This document shows, in pieces, positions 34,680-43,545 of a DNA stretch of 64,000 nucleotides (the first letter of the stretch is position 1; each line of letters begins with the position of its first letter). This DNA is from a virus. The translations under genes and the position numbers were made by a program. The notes under the pieces are model-generated. The model ran no database searches and was not told the DNA's origin. It was given only the letters and a program-made list of their open reading frames with translations. The DNA is taken from the IMG/VR virus record IMGVR_UViG_3300031669_008155. One strand, 5' to 3'.

Positions 34680-35030
34680 CTATTCCTTAAACTTACCTTC
34701 AACTCCTCTTCTTTGTCTATCTTGTGTTCTAGAATCTAACCAGTGTAAAGCTTCTTCTAATTTTGTCAAAGCTAAAGCATTTTCACGACAAGGAAAATTA
34801 CCACTCTGAAATCCACGTAATCTATCAATAACAACTGCAATTAAATCTTCATTGAAGCAACCATTGGCCACTGTCTCTTCAACTGGTCCTTTTTGAAATT
34901 TAATCCTTGTGACCATTTGCCTACCTTCTTTTCTAATAATGTCATACTCATGACAAGCTCCTCCCATACCAGGTTCATCAAAAGCATAAATAGTGGTAAA
35001 TCTTTCTGATCCAATTTCTACTTTTCTCAT
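34680..35030 (-). CDS. tad1: Tad1-family cyclic-nucleotide sponge (anti-Thoeris/anti-CBASS)
   Basis: GMGGACHEY.I, IKFQKG, DL..V.IDRL.GFQSG.F.CRENALALTKLEEALHWL..RT.DR..R.VEG follow the Tad1 pattern along the whole length. Confidence 0.85.
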   Translation of the reverse strand: MRKVEIGSERFTTIYAFDEPGMGGACHEYDIIRKEGRQMVTRIKFQKGPVEETVANGCFNEDLIAVVIDRLRGFQSGNFPCRENALALTKLEEALHWLDSRTQDRQRRGVEGKFKE

Positions 35031-35041
35031 TTTATTTCTCC

Positions 35042-35611
35042 TCAATATTCTTCATTTTCATTAATATTTAAATGATTATAAACCCTATATTTTATTCCTG
35101 ATTCTTTAAGCAAATATTGAGATGAGTAATCATAGTAACTTATCTTCGTAACTATGATCTCATCTATTCCAGCATTTATAATTTCCACCATACATTGAGA
35201 ACAAGGAATGCCACAATTCATATACAACTTTGCACCATTGGTAGCAATTCCATGTCTTGCAGCATTAATCAATACATTTCGTTCCGCGTGTCCTGCTAAA
35301 CACCATTCAAGACCTTCACCTGATTTAAATCCCATCTCGGGAATATGTCTTGGACATTTTCCTTCTAGATTTTCTTCATAAAATTCTTTAGTAACAAACT
35401 TAAAATTTGCCGCCTCTTGCATCTTCACATCATAATTCCATCTTTCATCACAAGTTCTTATTCCCCTTGGAGGTCCATTATATCCCTGACATATAATTGT
35501 TTTATCTCTAACTAATATAGCTCCAATTTGTCTAGATAGACATTGACTCTTTTTTGCCACAGTTCTACACATCTCATGATACCAAGGATCCCATTCCATC
35601 CCTTTTCTCAT
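35042..35611 (-). CDS. dCMP deaminase
   Basis: C.SRQIGA, GYNG, HAERN, PCSQC. Confidence 0.9.
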   Translation of the reverse strand: MRKGMEWDPWYHEMCRTVAKKSQCLSRQIGAILVRDKTIICQGYNGPPRGIRTCDERWNYDVKMQEAANFKFVTKEFYEENLEGKCPRHIPEMGFKSGEGLEWCLAGHAERNVLINAARHGIATNGAKLYMNCGIPCSQCMVEIINAGIDEIIVTKISYYDYSSQYLLKESGIKYRVYNHLNINENEEY

Positions 35612-35949
35612 CTATCATCTCCTTCTCCCTTTATTTTATTTCTTTCTTTCCTATCTAATAATTTTTTCAAATTCTCTTCTGCAACTTCATCAAAATCTAT
35701 TCCAAGAGTATCCATAAGTCTAGCAAGATACCACATAATATCTCCAGCTTCTTTGATAATCTCATCCATCCTTTTAGGAGTCATTTGACCATAATCATCT
35801 CTAAAATGTTTCTTTACCTTTTCAATAAGTTCTCCAGTTTCACCTCCAATTCCCAAAACATAATACAACCATGCTGGACTAATTCCATGCTCAGGTCCAG
35901 TTCCTCTATCCGTAATTCTAGTACTCATCTGATATTCTCTTAATTCCAT
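35608..35949 (-). CDS. MazG-like nucleotide pyrophosphohydrolase
   Basis: LGIGGETGELIEKVKK, EAGDIMWY, N..KL.DR..R..I.G.GD.R. Confidence 0.88.
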   Translation of the reverse strand: MELREYQMSTRITDRGTGPEHGISPAWLYYVLGIGGETGELIEKVKKHFRDDYGQMTPKRMDEIIKEAGDIMWYLARLMDTLGIDFDEVAEENLKKLLDRKERNKIKGEGDDR

Positions 35950-36519
35950 TTATAAATCTCCATATCCACTAAAGATTTCACTTTTATCAATCTTCTTTTT
36001 TCTTAAAATTAAATTTACAATCCTCTTTGACATTCCGCTCAATGGAGCTTCTAACCTTATTCGTTTTGATCCATTAACTTTGAGGACCTTATTTACACGA
36101 CCCAACCATTCTTGTTTACAATCTGCAAATTGATTTAAATAATCATCCCAATCTGCTCCTAACCAAATAGTCTCTATTCCCTTACTTTCTGCTATAGATG
36201 CTGCAATTGATACAAACATCAAGTTACGACTAGGAACATGCATCTCATTGACTCCTTCATATGTTCCCTTAACACCATCCCCTGTTAAACCGCTATTGAT
36301 ATTAAGTCCATTAATCTTTACTGTATCCCAAGGAATTTGCTTCTTTGCTAAATACTCACATGCTTTATCAAGTTCCTCAATATGAAGTTGTCCATATTCA
36401 ATCAAAACACAATGCGGTTTCATATCTAAACCAAGTGCCAACTCCAACATCAATACGCTATCCGCACCACCACTAAATAAAATTACTACATCATCATCTC
36501 TCTTATTCCTCTTTCCCAT
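35950..36519 (-). CDS. queC: QueC-like (7-cyano-7-deazaguanine synthase) protein lacking the C-terminal Zn-binding Cys motif
   Basis: LFSGGADS, YGQ.H..E, VPSRNLMFVSIAAS.AE, FADC, LEAPL; ATG 36519 after AAAGGAG. Confidence 0.8.
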   Translation of the reverse strand: MGKRNKRDDDVVILFSGGADSVLMLELALGLDMKPHCVLIEYGQLHIEELDKACEYLAKKQIPWDTVKINGLNINSGLTGDGVKGTYEGVNEMHVPSRNLMFVSIAASIAESKGIETIWLGADWDDYLNQFADCKQEWLGRVNKVLKVNGSKRIRLEAPLSGMSKRIVNLILRKKKIDKSEIFSGYGDL

Positions 36520-36526
36520 TTTTAAA

Positions 36527-36557
36527 TCTCCTTTCAATCAATTTTATTATTTGTTAC
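36527..36557 (-). promoter_or_regulatory. Conserved upstream element B, copy 3
   Basis: Reverse complement GTAACAAATAATAAAATTGATTGAAAGGAGA. Confidence 0.55.
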
Positions 36558-36606
36558 CTTTAATAATTAAAACATCTCATAAATAAATTAGATATTAATC
36601 TCATTA

Positions 36607-36626
36607 CTATATATATAAATAATTGA
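36607..36626 (+). promoter_or_regulatory. Motif A, copy 3
   Basis: CTATATATATAAATAATTGA. Confidence 0.6.
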
Positions 36627-36663
36627 ATATAAACTGTCACCCCTCTAAAAAGGAGATTAATAT

Positions 36664-36831
36664 ATGGAAAAATTAACAAAATCCATATTAATTATTCTGC
36701 AACTTGGAGTAATTGTCATGACCATATTTATGAAAATATTTTCAAACCTAGTTGGAAAATTTTCTGGAGCAATAGAAACATCAGACCCAAATGGGAATGG
36801 AAATGAGAATAATGGAAAGGATACAGTATGA
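36664..36831 (+). CDS. Small membrane protein (55 aa, not in track)
   Basis: AAGGAG SD; MEKLTKSILIILQLGVIVMTIF... Confidence 0.5.
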   Translation: MEKLTKSILIILQLGVIVMTIFMKIFSNLVGKFSGAIETSDPNGNGNENNGKDTV

Positions 36832-37037
36832 AAAACAAATTTGTAGGTTTAGACATAGCATACTCTTCATTTGCATCGTTTCTGCATATGTTATTTCTAA
36901 TATTAAATGGAATATCATATGTAGGTTTGTTGATGTTAAAATCTAACATCAACAAATTAAAACCAAAATCAGACGATACAAAGAAAAAAAAGAAACAATC
37001 AATCAGAGAAGAAATTAAAAAATTTCTAACAGTCTAA
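36828..37037 (+). CDS. Small membrane protein
   Basis: TM segment with basic tail. Confidence 0.5.
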   Translation: MKNKFVGLDIAYSSFASFLHMLFLILNGISYVGLLMLKSNINKLKPKSDDTKKKKKQSIREEIKKFLTV

Positions 37038-37055
37038 AGAAAAGGAGAAATTATC

Positions 37056-37823
37056 ATGGAAAAAGAAAAAGCAGAAAAAATCTTGAAAATTGCTAAAACC
37101 GCAGGTAAGATTGTAACAACTCTTTCAAAAATCCTGTTGGTATTATTGGTAATAGCTGGCAGCGGATTCATTGGTGCTGGAGCTCACATGATCTTCAGAG
37201 TTCCGGAACCTCTTCCTATTATTCCCCCATGTCCAACGTGTGAAACCTGTCCCGAGGTTGCGGAAGTTGCGGAATGTCCCGAAGTTGCAGAAACTCCAAA
37301 GTCTGAATCTGCCTGGTATGCCCAGTTATGGGATGCAGTAACTCCAGGTAACGCAACAGCTGAAATTCCTCCTGCTGTTGTTACGAAATATCAAAAACTT
37401 ACTCCTACCATTGTTCCTGCTACCAAAATTACTATTACTCCTCCTGTTGCTGCTCCTCCCCCGGAACCAAGATCACTATTTAAAATCTGGTGGGAAGATA
37501 CCTTTCAAACCTGGTTGAGTAAGACGTTTGGTTGGAAAGAACAAATAACTACAATTACCAAAGAAACAACAGTGGTTGTTCAAACAACATTGTCCAATGA
37601 TACAAAAGAATTATTGAACAAAAACATGGCAAGAATAGTTGAACTGACAGCTAAGATGACCGATAAAAAGATGAACGTTAAAAATAGAAAGGGAATTCAG
37701 AAAAGAATAAACTTTCATATTGAGACTATTGTTGCCCTAATCGAAAAAGATGATGGGAAAAAAGTTGCTCCTATTATCGACTTAGATTCAAAACCTAAAA
37801 AACCAGTCGCTCCCAAAGGATAA
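37056..37823 (+). CDS. Membrane-anchored Pro/Thr-rich protein
   Basis: N-terminal TM; CPTCETCPEVAEVAECPEVAE repeat. Confidence 0.7.
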   Translation: MEKEKAEKILKIAKTAGKIVTTLSKILLVLLVIAGSGFIGAGAHMIFRVPEPLPIIPPCPTCETCPEVAEVAECPEVAETPKSESAWYAQLWDAVTPGNATAEIPPAVVTKYQKLTPTIVPATKITITPPVAAPPPEPRSLFKIWWEDTFQTWLSKTFGWKEQITTITKETTVVVQTTLSNDTKELLNKNMARIVELTAKMTDKKMNVKNRKGIQKRINFHIETIVALIEKDDGKKVAPIIDLDSKPKKPVAPKG

Positions 37824-37842
37824 TGGTTCAGCATACGATTCA

Positions 37843-37885
37843 AAAAAAATATAAGTGGATTTCTATAACCCACTTATATTTTTTT
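37843..37885. terminator. Bidirectional hairpin between convergent genes
   Basis: AAAAAAATATAAGTGG ... CCACTTATATTTTTTT. Confidence 0.7.
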
Positions 37886-38893
37886 CCAAATATCATAATT
37901 TTTTTTGTTGACATTTTCAAAAGAATAAATTTTCTCTCTTCCATCCAATGCATTTTTCTTAAATCTATCTCTGGATTTTATCCCATCCCTTAATCTTCTC
38001 ATAGCTGTATTTGCATTACATTCTATCACCCCTTGTTGTTTAAAAAATGGCAATAATCTAACTGTATCTCTAACAATCAATGGAGTTCCAGACATTAATA
38101 TTTCTGTTGATACTCTCGGGCAACCATCATTTTGATTACTCATATTTATTCCAAAGAAACTTCTATTTAAAATTTCATTCAACTTTTCTCTAACAACTGA
38201 TCCCATAAAATGGATATTCTTTAATCCCCTATCTTTTGCCATTTGATGTCCAACTTCTGGTTTATTACCGCAATGAACAATTTTCATTTTTCTTAAACTA
38301 CTACAACTACCAATTACATCCATAAAAAATGCTTGACCTTTATATGATGACTGACTAAAATTGGATGGCCAGCAGAAGTGCCAGTCTTTTGTAACATTCT
38401 CTAATGGTTTAAATATTTCTGGAGAAGCTGTTTTGTAGAAAGGCATTGAATTCTTTGCTTTTTCAATATCTCTCTCATCTTCTATCAAATAGATATCATA
38501 TTTACCACCCCATTGAGATGTTATTCTACGACCAGCACCTAAATACAATTTAAGACCAAATTGTTTTGGTTTTTCTTTTGTGATCTTATCGTATTCCAGA
38601 AACCCGCCTCTAAAAAATGATATTTCTGGTTTTTCATAATCATATGTTTCATTAAAATTACGAACCCATCTCTGTATAAACTGTTTTCCATTAACGTCAA
38701 ATATAATATCTGGTCTATCTCTTTTAGTCAATCTCCAGATAATTACTTCATCAAAAAAATTATTTTTCAGCAACCATAGAGGTAGGAGTAAATAATAATC
38801 GTGACACTTCTTTTCAAATGTTTCAAGATCTTTAAATTTATGATAATATTCTAAACTCTTTATATCTGATCTAAACAACCAAAAGCTTCTCAT
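37874..38893 (-). CDS. GT-B glycosyltransferase-like protein
   Basis: NDGCPRVSTEILMSGTPLIV donor-binding region. Confidence 0.65.
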   Translation of the reverse strand: MRSFWLFRSDIKSLEYYHKFKDLETFEKKCHDYYLLLPLWLLKNNFFDEVIIWRLTKRDRPDIIFDVNGKQFIQRWVRNFNETYDYEKPEISFFRGGFLEYDKITKEKPKQFGLKLYLGAGRRITSQWGGKYDIYLIEDERDIEKAKNSMPFYKTASPEIFKPLENVTKDWHFCWPSNFSQSSYKGQAFFMDVIGSCSSLRKMKIVHCGNKPEVGHQMAKDRGLKNIHFMGSVVREKLNEILNRSFFGINMSNQNDGCPRVSTEILMSGTPLIVRDTVRLLPFFKQQGVIECNANTAMRRLRDGIKSRDRFKKNALDGREKIYSFENVNKKNYDIWKKI

Positions 38894-39546
38894 AATCTAT
38901 ATTCCAATCTTTCAGTAAATTGATCGTAGTCTATTTCTAGATTAGAATTACTTCTAACTCTATATGCATATGCTCTTTCAGGATTTATTTTTCCAAACTT
39001 TAATGTAGTGTTCATAACACTCTTAACTATCTTTTTATCATCTTTTAAATTTAAAAATTTAAAAATTTTAGATAAATATAATTCAGGTTCTAAAACTAAA
39101 TCTTCATAAACAATAGTAGCGCATCTTCTATCTGTATTAATAAAATCAATATACTTGGGGAGAGAATTAAAAATTAAATCTAATGCATTTTTACCAGGAG
39201 AACCATTCAAACTTCCTGATGATGCTACATCAATAGGGTGTCGTAATATATGAATTATTCTAGCTTTCTTTCCAAAAAACTTCAACCACTTTTTTGAAAA
39301 TCCTATTACTCTCTCCCCATGTTTATCACTTGGTCTATTACCCCAAGGGATCTTTTCTCCCCAAGCATATTTCTTTAAATTAGGGACTCTCTTTTTCGCC
39401 ATCATCACAATCCAGTCTTTCGGTTTATCAAATTCGATATATCCCTCTTCGGACTCAATCCAACCAACTTCAGGATGACAATTAATTAATTGTTGTAGCA
39501 ACGTTGTACCACTATGTTGAAATCCTGTTATCAATATTTTATTCAT
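38890..39546 (-). CDS. Sulfotransferase family protein
   Basis: ITGFQHSGTTLL..L.NCHP (5'-PSB), ILRHPIDV.SS (3'-PB), VYEDLV.EP. Confidence 0.85.
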   Translation of the reverse strand: MNKILITGFQHSGTTLLQQLINCHPEVGWIESEEGYIEFDKPKDWIVMMAKKRVPNLKKYAWGEKIPWGNRPSDKHGERVIGFSKKWLKFFGKKARIIHILRHPIDVASSGSLNGSPGKNALDLIFNSLPKYIDFINTDRRCATIVYEDLVLEPELYLSKIFKFLNLKDDKKIVKSVMNTTLKFGKINPERAYAYRVRSNSNLEIDYDQFTERLEYRL

Positions 39547-39884
39547 TTTGCAGTAGTATCTTCTGATGGATCTTGTTCAGAAGCTTGATATGGTTCATAA
39601 GAAGGTTCTGGATTCCTATAATACATATAATCTATCATACTTTCCGAATACCATTTTTCAACACTACCATTATCAAGCAAACAAATATTTCCTCCTGTCT
39701 GATTAACACCCAACGCTGTAATATTTCCTACAAAACCAATATTTCTAACCTGAACATAATCTCCAATATAATGTTCGAAAACAACAATATTCTCTATTGG
39801 AGGTGGTGGTGGCATTGGTCCAGGCATAATATTAGGATCTGGAATCATTCTTGCCTCTTTACTTTCACCAGTTTTCTTACTCAT
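39543..39884 (-). CDS. Hypothetical Pro-rich protein
   Basis: GGAGG SD. Confidence 0.55.
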   Translation of the reverse strand: MSKKTGESKEARMIPDPNIMPGPMPPPPPIENIVVFEHYIGDYVQVRNIGFVGNITALGVNQTGGNICLLDNGSVEKWYSESMIDYMYYRNPEPSYEPYQASEQDPSEDTTAK

Positions 39885-39951
39885 TTTGTATTCCTCCTTG
39901 CTAGTTTATTAGTTTGTACAACACTTATAAATAACTTTATATTATTTACAA

Positions 39952-39971
39952 CTATATATATAAATAAATGA
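39952..39971 (+). promoter_or_regulatory. Motif A, copy 4
   Basis: CTATATATATAAATAAATGA. Confidence 0.6.
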
Positions 39972-40013
39972 ATAGGGAACTTTTATACTAAAAATTTAAT
40001 AAGGGGGTTTTAC

Positions 40014-40253
40014 ATGGATCGACGTAGTTATGAAGACACTAATTATCCAGAGACACCAGAAATAGTTGGCAGAGGAAGTGATATATCATTTACCTCATCA
40101 ACACAAGGTGGCATGTGGTGTCCTCTTTGCTTCTTCTTAGAGAGAAAATATCACTGGATAGAAAATGTATCAGAAAATAAATTTGCACTATGTAACAAAC
40201 AAAACAAAAAATTTCAAGTGACTAGAGAACATATTAATAGAAAGCATTTATAA
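40014..40253 (+). CDS. Small zinc-ribbon-like protein
   Basis: WCPLC; lies downstream of motif A. Confidence 0.5.
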   Translation: MDRRSYEDTNYPETPEIVGRGSDISFTSSTQGGMWCPLCFFLERKYHWIENVSENKFALCNKQNKKFQVTREHINRKHL

Positions 40254-41126
40254 TAAACTCCGTGCTCCTGCCAACATATCTCTCGTAACACTCAAATCTC
40301 TACATGTCCAGGCATCCCATGCAAAATTACGAACATAGTAATAACTTACATAACCATATCCTTTTTGTCCCCACTTATCTGACCAACTATTTTTAAATTT
40401 GATGAGTTTTTTATTATCATCATAACCTACAGCACAGACAGCATGACCGCCATAACAAAATTGTGGATACTTCGGATCTTCAACTATACCATCATCTCCA
40501 ACAGACAACATCTCTTCATACACTCCCATTCCAAGAACAACGGGACCATCTTTTAAAGCATCCCTTAGTTCTTCTAATGATGTAACCCTCCAGTATGAAT
40601 CAATCAATGCCCACCTGGCAACAAGATGCGCCCACTTCTCTGGAGAACCCTTGACTACATCATCATATGGCCAAGCTTTCTCAGTTGGAGATCCAATTCT
40701 ATGTAAAACTTTCATAGCACATCTAATTGATGTTCCTTCGATGCCTGGCCACGGATCAATCTTTTTACTCATCCAATAAATCCAAGCTTCTGAAAGATCA
40801 TAATACTTATCACTTCTATGATCAAATTTTCCAGATTCAACCTCTGCTCGATGTTCCTTTTGCTCTTGCCATTCTTTTAAAGCAGCAACTGAAAAACCAA
40901 CGCAACTCCCCAATCTCATTTGATCTTTAACAGGAGACATAGAATCTGTCCAATCAACTGAATTTGGAGATAATAATCTAGCATCAGCTATACTAGCATA
41001 TGGAGCTCTTGGTTCATATAGATAATCTCTTTCATCATAACTATCTTTTCTATAAGTAAAACTGTATTGTTTTTCTGTTGGTCTTTTCATTCCTGGCATT
41101 TTTATATCCTCGCTTAATATCTCCAA
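40248..41126 (-). CDS. Papain-like C1A cysteine protease
   Basis: PVKDQ..LGSCVGFS, GHAVCAVGY, FKNSW...WG..GYG. Confidence 0.92.
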   Translation of the reverse strand: MEILSEDIKMPGMKRPTEKQYSFTYRKDSYDERDYLYEPRAPYASIADARLLSPNSVDWTDSMSPVKDQMRLGSCVGFSVAALKEWQEQKEHRAEVESGKFDHRSDKYYDLSEAWIYWMSKKIDPWPGIEGTSIRCAMKVLHRIGSPTEKAWPYDDVVKGSPEKWAHLVARWALIDSYWRVTSLEELRDALKDGPVVLGMGVYEEMLSVGDDGIVEDPKYPQFCYGGHAVCAVGYDDNKKLIKFKNSWSDKWGQKGYGYVSYYYVRNFAWDAWTCRDLSVTRDMLAGARSLL

Positions 41127-42127
41127 TCTGGAATCTGTTCTAATCTAGTATCAAATATATTTGCTTTTTTATCAGATCTGATTCTCTTAAAAGATGGATG
41201 TGAAAAGGTAATGGATTGTTTATATCCAATTTTTTCATATTTTTTATTTTTAAATCTATATGTTGGAGTATCAGTAAATCTAAATCTAAAAAATTTCATC
41301 TCAATAACCAATAACGGTTTGATAAAAACTTCTCCACCTTCTCTATATAATTCATTATCAATTATAAATTTATACATTGAAGATCTACTCTGATCTGTAA
41401 AACCGGTTCCTACCTTTGAACTCGATCTAATCAAATCATTCTTATCAATAAAACCTGTTAATAAATATGAAACTTGACTCTTTTCCCAAGCAGGTAATTT
41501 TTCTCTACCTGCACCTATGACTAATAAATCAACAGTATTGGAAAATTTAATCTTATAATTTTTACCTTTTAGATCTCGAGCTACTATGCCATCAAATCCC
41601 TCTTTTGAACTTGCTTCGCTGTATAATTCCCTAAATTTTTCTATTCCTCCAATAGCTATTTTTGGATTTGAAATATGTTTAGATTTAAATCTATTTTTAA
41701 TCAATGGAAGTATCTGTCTGAAATTCAAACTTTTATTATCTATAGAATAAACATCCAATGGATAATGATAAATTAAATCTTTATTCTCCGGTTTGTGATA
41801 TGTTTTAACAATACTCATGGTTTCATTGAATGGAAGAATTTCTTTATTTTTCTTTGCAACCAGTTCCCCTGGAATTTTAGCTTCCTTAATCCCAAGATCT
41901 TGTAGAATTTTCATATACTCATCAACCAAAGGAATCTCATTAATTATTCCACCCCAAGATGTTTGAAAGAATCCACTATTACCATCATAGATAAACATCC
42001 CCAACATTCCATCAACCTTTTCCATATATATTACATTCGATTCTGAAGGGAAGTCAGTAACAAAATCATCATATGAATATTGTATCAACTTCGTTTTCTT
42101 TTTCCATTCATACGCATAATTTATCAT
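41114..42127 (-). CDS. ATP-dependent DNA ligase
   Basis: YMEKVDG, EGFDGIVAR, KIK...TVDLLVIG, KVGTGFT, HPSFKRIRSDK. Confidence 0.88.
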   Translation of the reverse strand: MINYAYEWKKKTKLIQYSYDDFVTDFPSESNVIYMEKVDGMLGMFIYDGNSGFFQTSWGGIINEIPLVDEYMKILQDLGIKEAKIPGELVAKKNKEILPFNETMSIVKTYHKPENKDLIYHYPLDVYSIDNKSLNFRQILPLIKNRFKSKHISNPKIAIGGIEKFRELYSEASSKEGFDGIVARDLKGKNYKIKFSNTVDLLVIGAGREKLPAWEKSQVSYLLTGFIDKNDLIRSSSKVGTGFTDQSRSSMYKFIIDNELYREGGEVFIKPLLVIEMKFFRFRFTDTPTYRFKNKKYEKIGYKQSITFSHPSFKRIRSDKKANIFDTRLEQIPDWRY

Positions 42128-42825
42128 TATGATATCCTTGCTTTATTTTGATTAAATTTAAACAGGTCATTATAAGATACCTCCATGCATTTCAATCCAA
42201 CAAGAGATAATGAATGTAATGTTATATAATTACCTCGAAATTTGTTAGGAGCTAAATCTATATTTGGAACACCTGCTTTTCGTTTTCCAGATATAGTATA
42301 TATTTTAGCTAATTCAGATTGTTGTAAAAATTTTTGAAGTAGAAAACGAATTGAATCAATTTTCATCTTTCTATTAAAATAGCATATTATATGAAATGAG
42401 GTCTTCCCTGTAAATCTTATTTGAGCTTTTCTGACAATTGGCATCTTATCCATTGCAAATTCATATACATCATTAGTAGCTTTCTGCGCCCATTTGAATC
42501 CATCATAATCGGTAACATCAATATCAATAATACCAAAATCTTCATAATTTCCCATTGATGAATATATAGTTACTGTTCTACCAGTAATAACTTCATCATA
42601 ATTTTGTGGAGTTAATCTTATCCAATCTTGACCTTTAGCATGTCTTCGCAATACTGTCTTATTCAAATCTACCATAAGTCCAAACATAAGATCCCTAGAT
42701 TTTGTTTCATTTAAAATTTCACGTTTGACTTTTTGATAATACGTCCAGATATCTATCTCTCTCAGACCTTTAGGATAATATGAATTTTTTAAAACTATAG
42801 TTTCTGGATTTTTTGGATATGCCAT
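42127..42825 (-). CDS. AEP-superfamily primase-polymerase (LigD Pol-like)
   Basis: GIIDID, FTGKTSFHI, N.IDL..N; YY.KV...IL at the N-terminus. Confidence 0.7.
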   Translation of the reverse strand: MAYPKNPETIVLKNSYYPKGLREIDIWTYYQKVKREILNETKSRDLMFGLMVDLNKTVLRRHAKGQDWIRLTPQNYDEVITGRTVTIYSSMGNYEDFGIIDIDVTDYDGFKWAQKATNDVYEFAMDKMPIVRKAQIRFTGKTSFHIICYFNRKMKIDSIRFLLQKFLQQSELAKIYTISGKRKAGVPNIDLAPNKFRGNYITLHSLSLVGLKCMEVSYNDLFKFNQNKARIS

Positions 42826-42864
42826 TTATTACTCCTTTTTATCTCCTATATATATATGTTCTAA

Positions 42865-42884
42865 CTATATATATAAATAACTGA
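42865..42884 (+). promoter_or_regulatory. Motif A, copy 5
   Basis: CTATATATATAAATAACTGA. Confidence 0.6.
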
Positions 42885-42922
42885 ACAGAGAACGCTTACA
42901 CTAAATTTTAAGGAGATGCAAA

Positions 42923-43144
42923 ATGAATACATTAGAACAACAAGAACTTCTAAAAGAACTTCTAAAAGATCTGAAAAAAGAACAAATGTTTCTAGAAGCT
43001 AAAAGAAGAAATCCGGGAAAACAAATTACACCCTGCGGAAACCGAAAAACAATACTTCAAAGCTTTGATGAGTTTGGAGGACAACTTGGCTTATGGTATA
43101 ATGTAGGCAAAGACACTAAATTAGTGCCAGAGAACGATGTATGA
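42923..43144 (+). CDS. Hypothetical protein
   Basis: AAGGAG SD. Confidence 0.6.
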   Translation: MNTLEQQELLKELLKDLKKEQMFLEAKRRNPGKQITPCGNRKTILQSFDEFGGQLGLWYNVGKDTKLVPENDV

Positions 43145-43170
43145 TTTTATATCGTCTTCTGATTTAACTC

Positions 43171-43206
43171 AAAAAAGGGGTCAATAAAGTTTCAACCCCT
43201 TTTTTT
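43171..43206. terminator. Bidirectional rho-independent terminator
   Basis: AAAAAAGGGGT...ACCCCTTTTTT between convergent genes. Confidence 0.75.
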
Positions 43207-43515
43207 CTAAAAATTTAAACAAAAAGCATCAACATTATAAACATGAACTATCTCAATACGAACTCTATCACCCTTTGAAAAAGGATGGAGCAATTTTAAA
43301 TTACTTAAAATTTCAACTATATAACCACAACTACAAACTTCAATAACTCGACCCCAAATTCTCTCATAACCTTGATTAAATTCAATACAGTAACCAACTT
43401 CAACATCTGATAATTTTTGTATAGGATTAGGTGACTCATTACAACTATATTCTCTTGATAATGCCCAAGCATCAACACAGTCATTACATTTATAATCATA
43501 TACACTACAACCCAT
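43207..43515 (-). CDS. Cys-rich hypothetical protein
   Basis: GGGGA SD; 102 aa. Confidence 0.55.
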   Translation of the reverse strand: MGCSVYDYKCNDCVDAWALSREYSCNESPNPIQKLSDVEVGYCIEFNQGYERIWGRVIEVCSCGYIVEILSNLKLLHPFSKGDRVRIEIVHVYNVDAFCLNF

Positions 43516-43545
43516 AATCTATTTCCCCCAAAGATTATTATTTTT

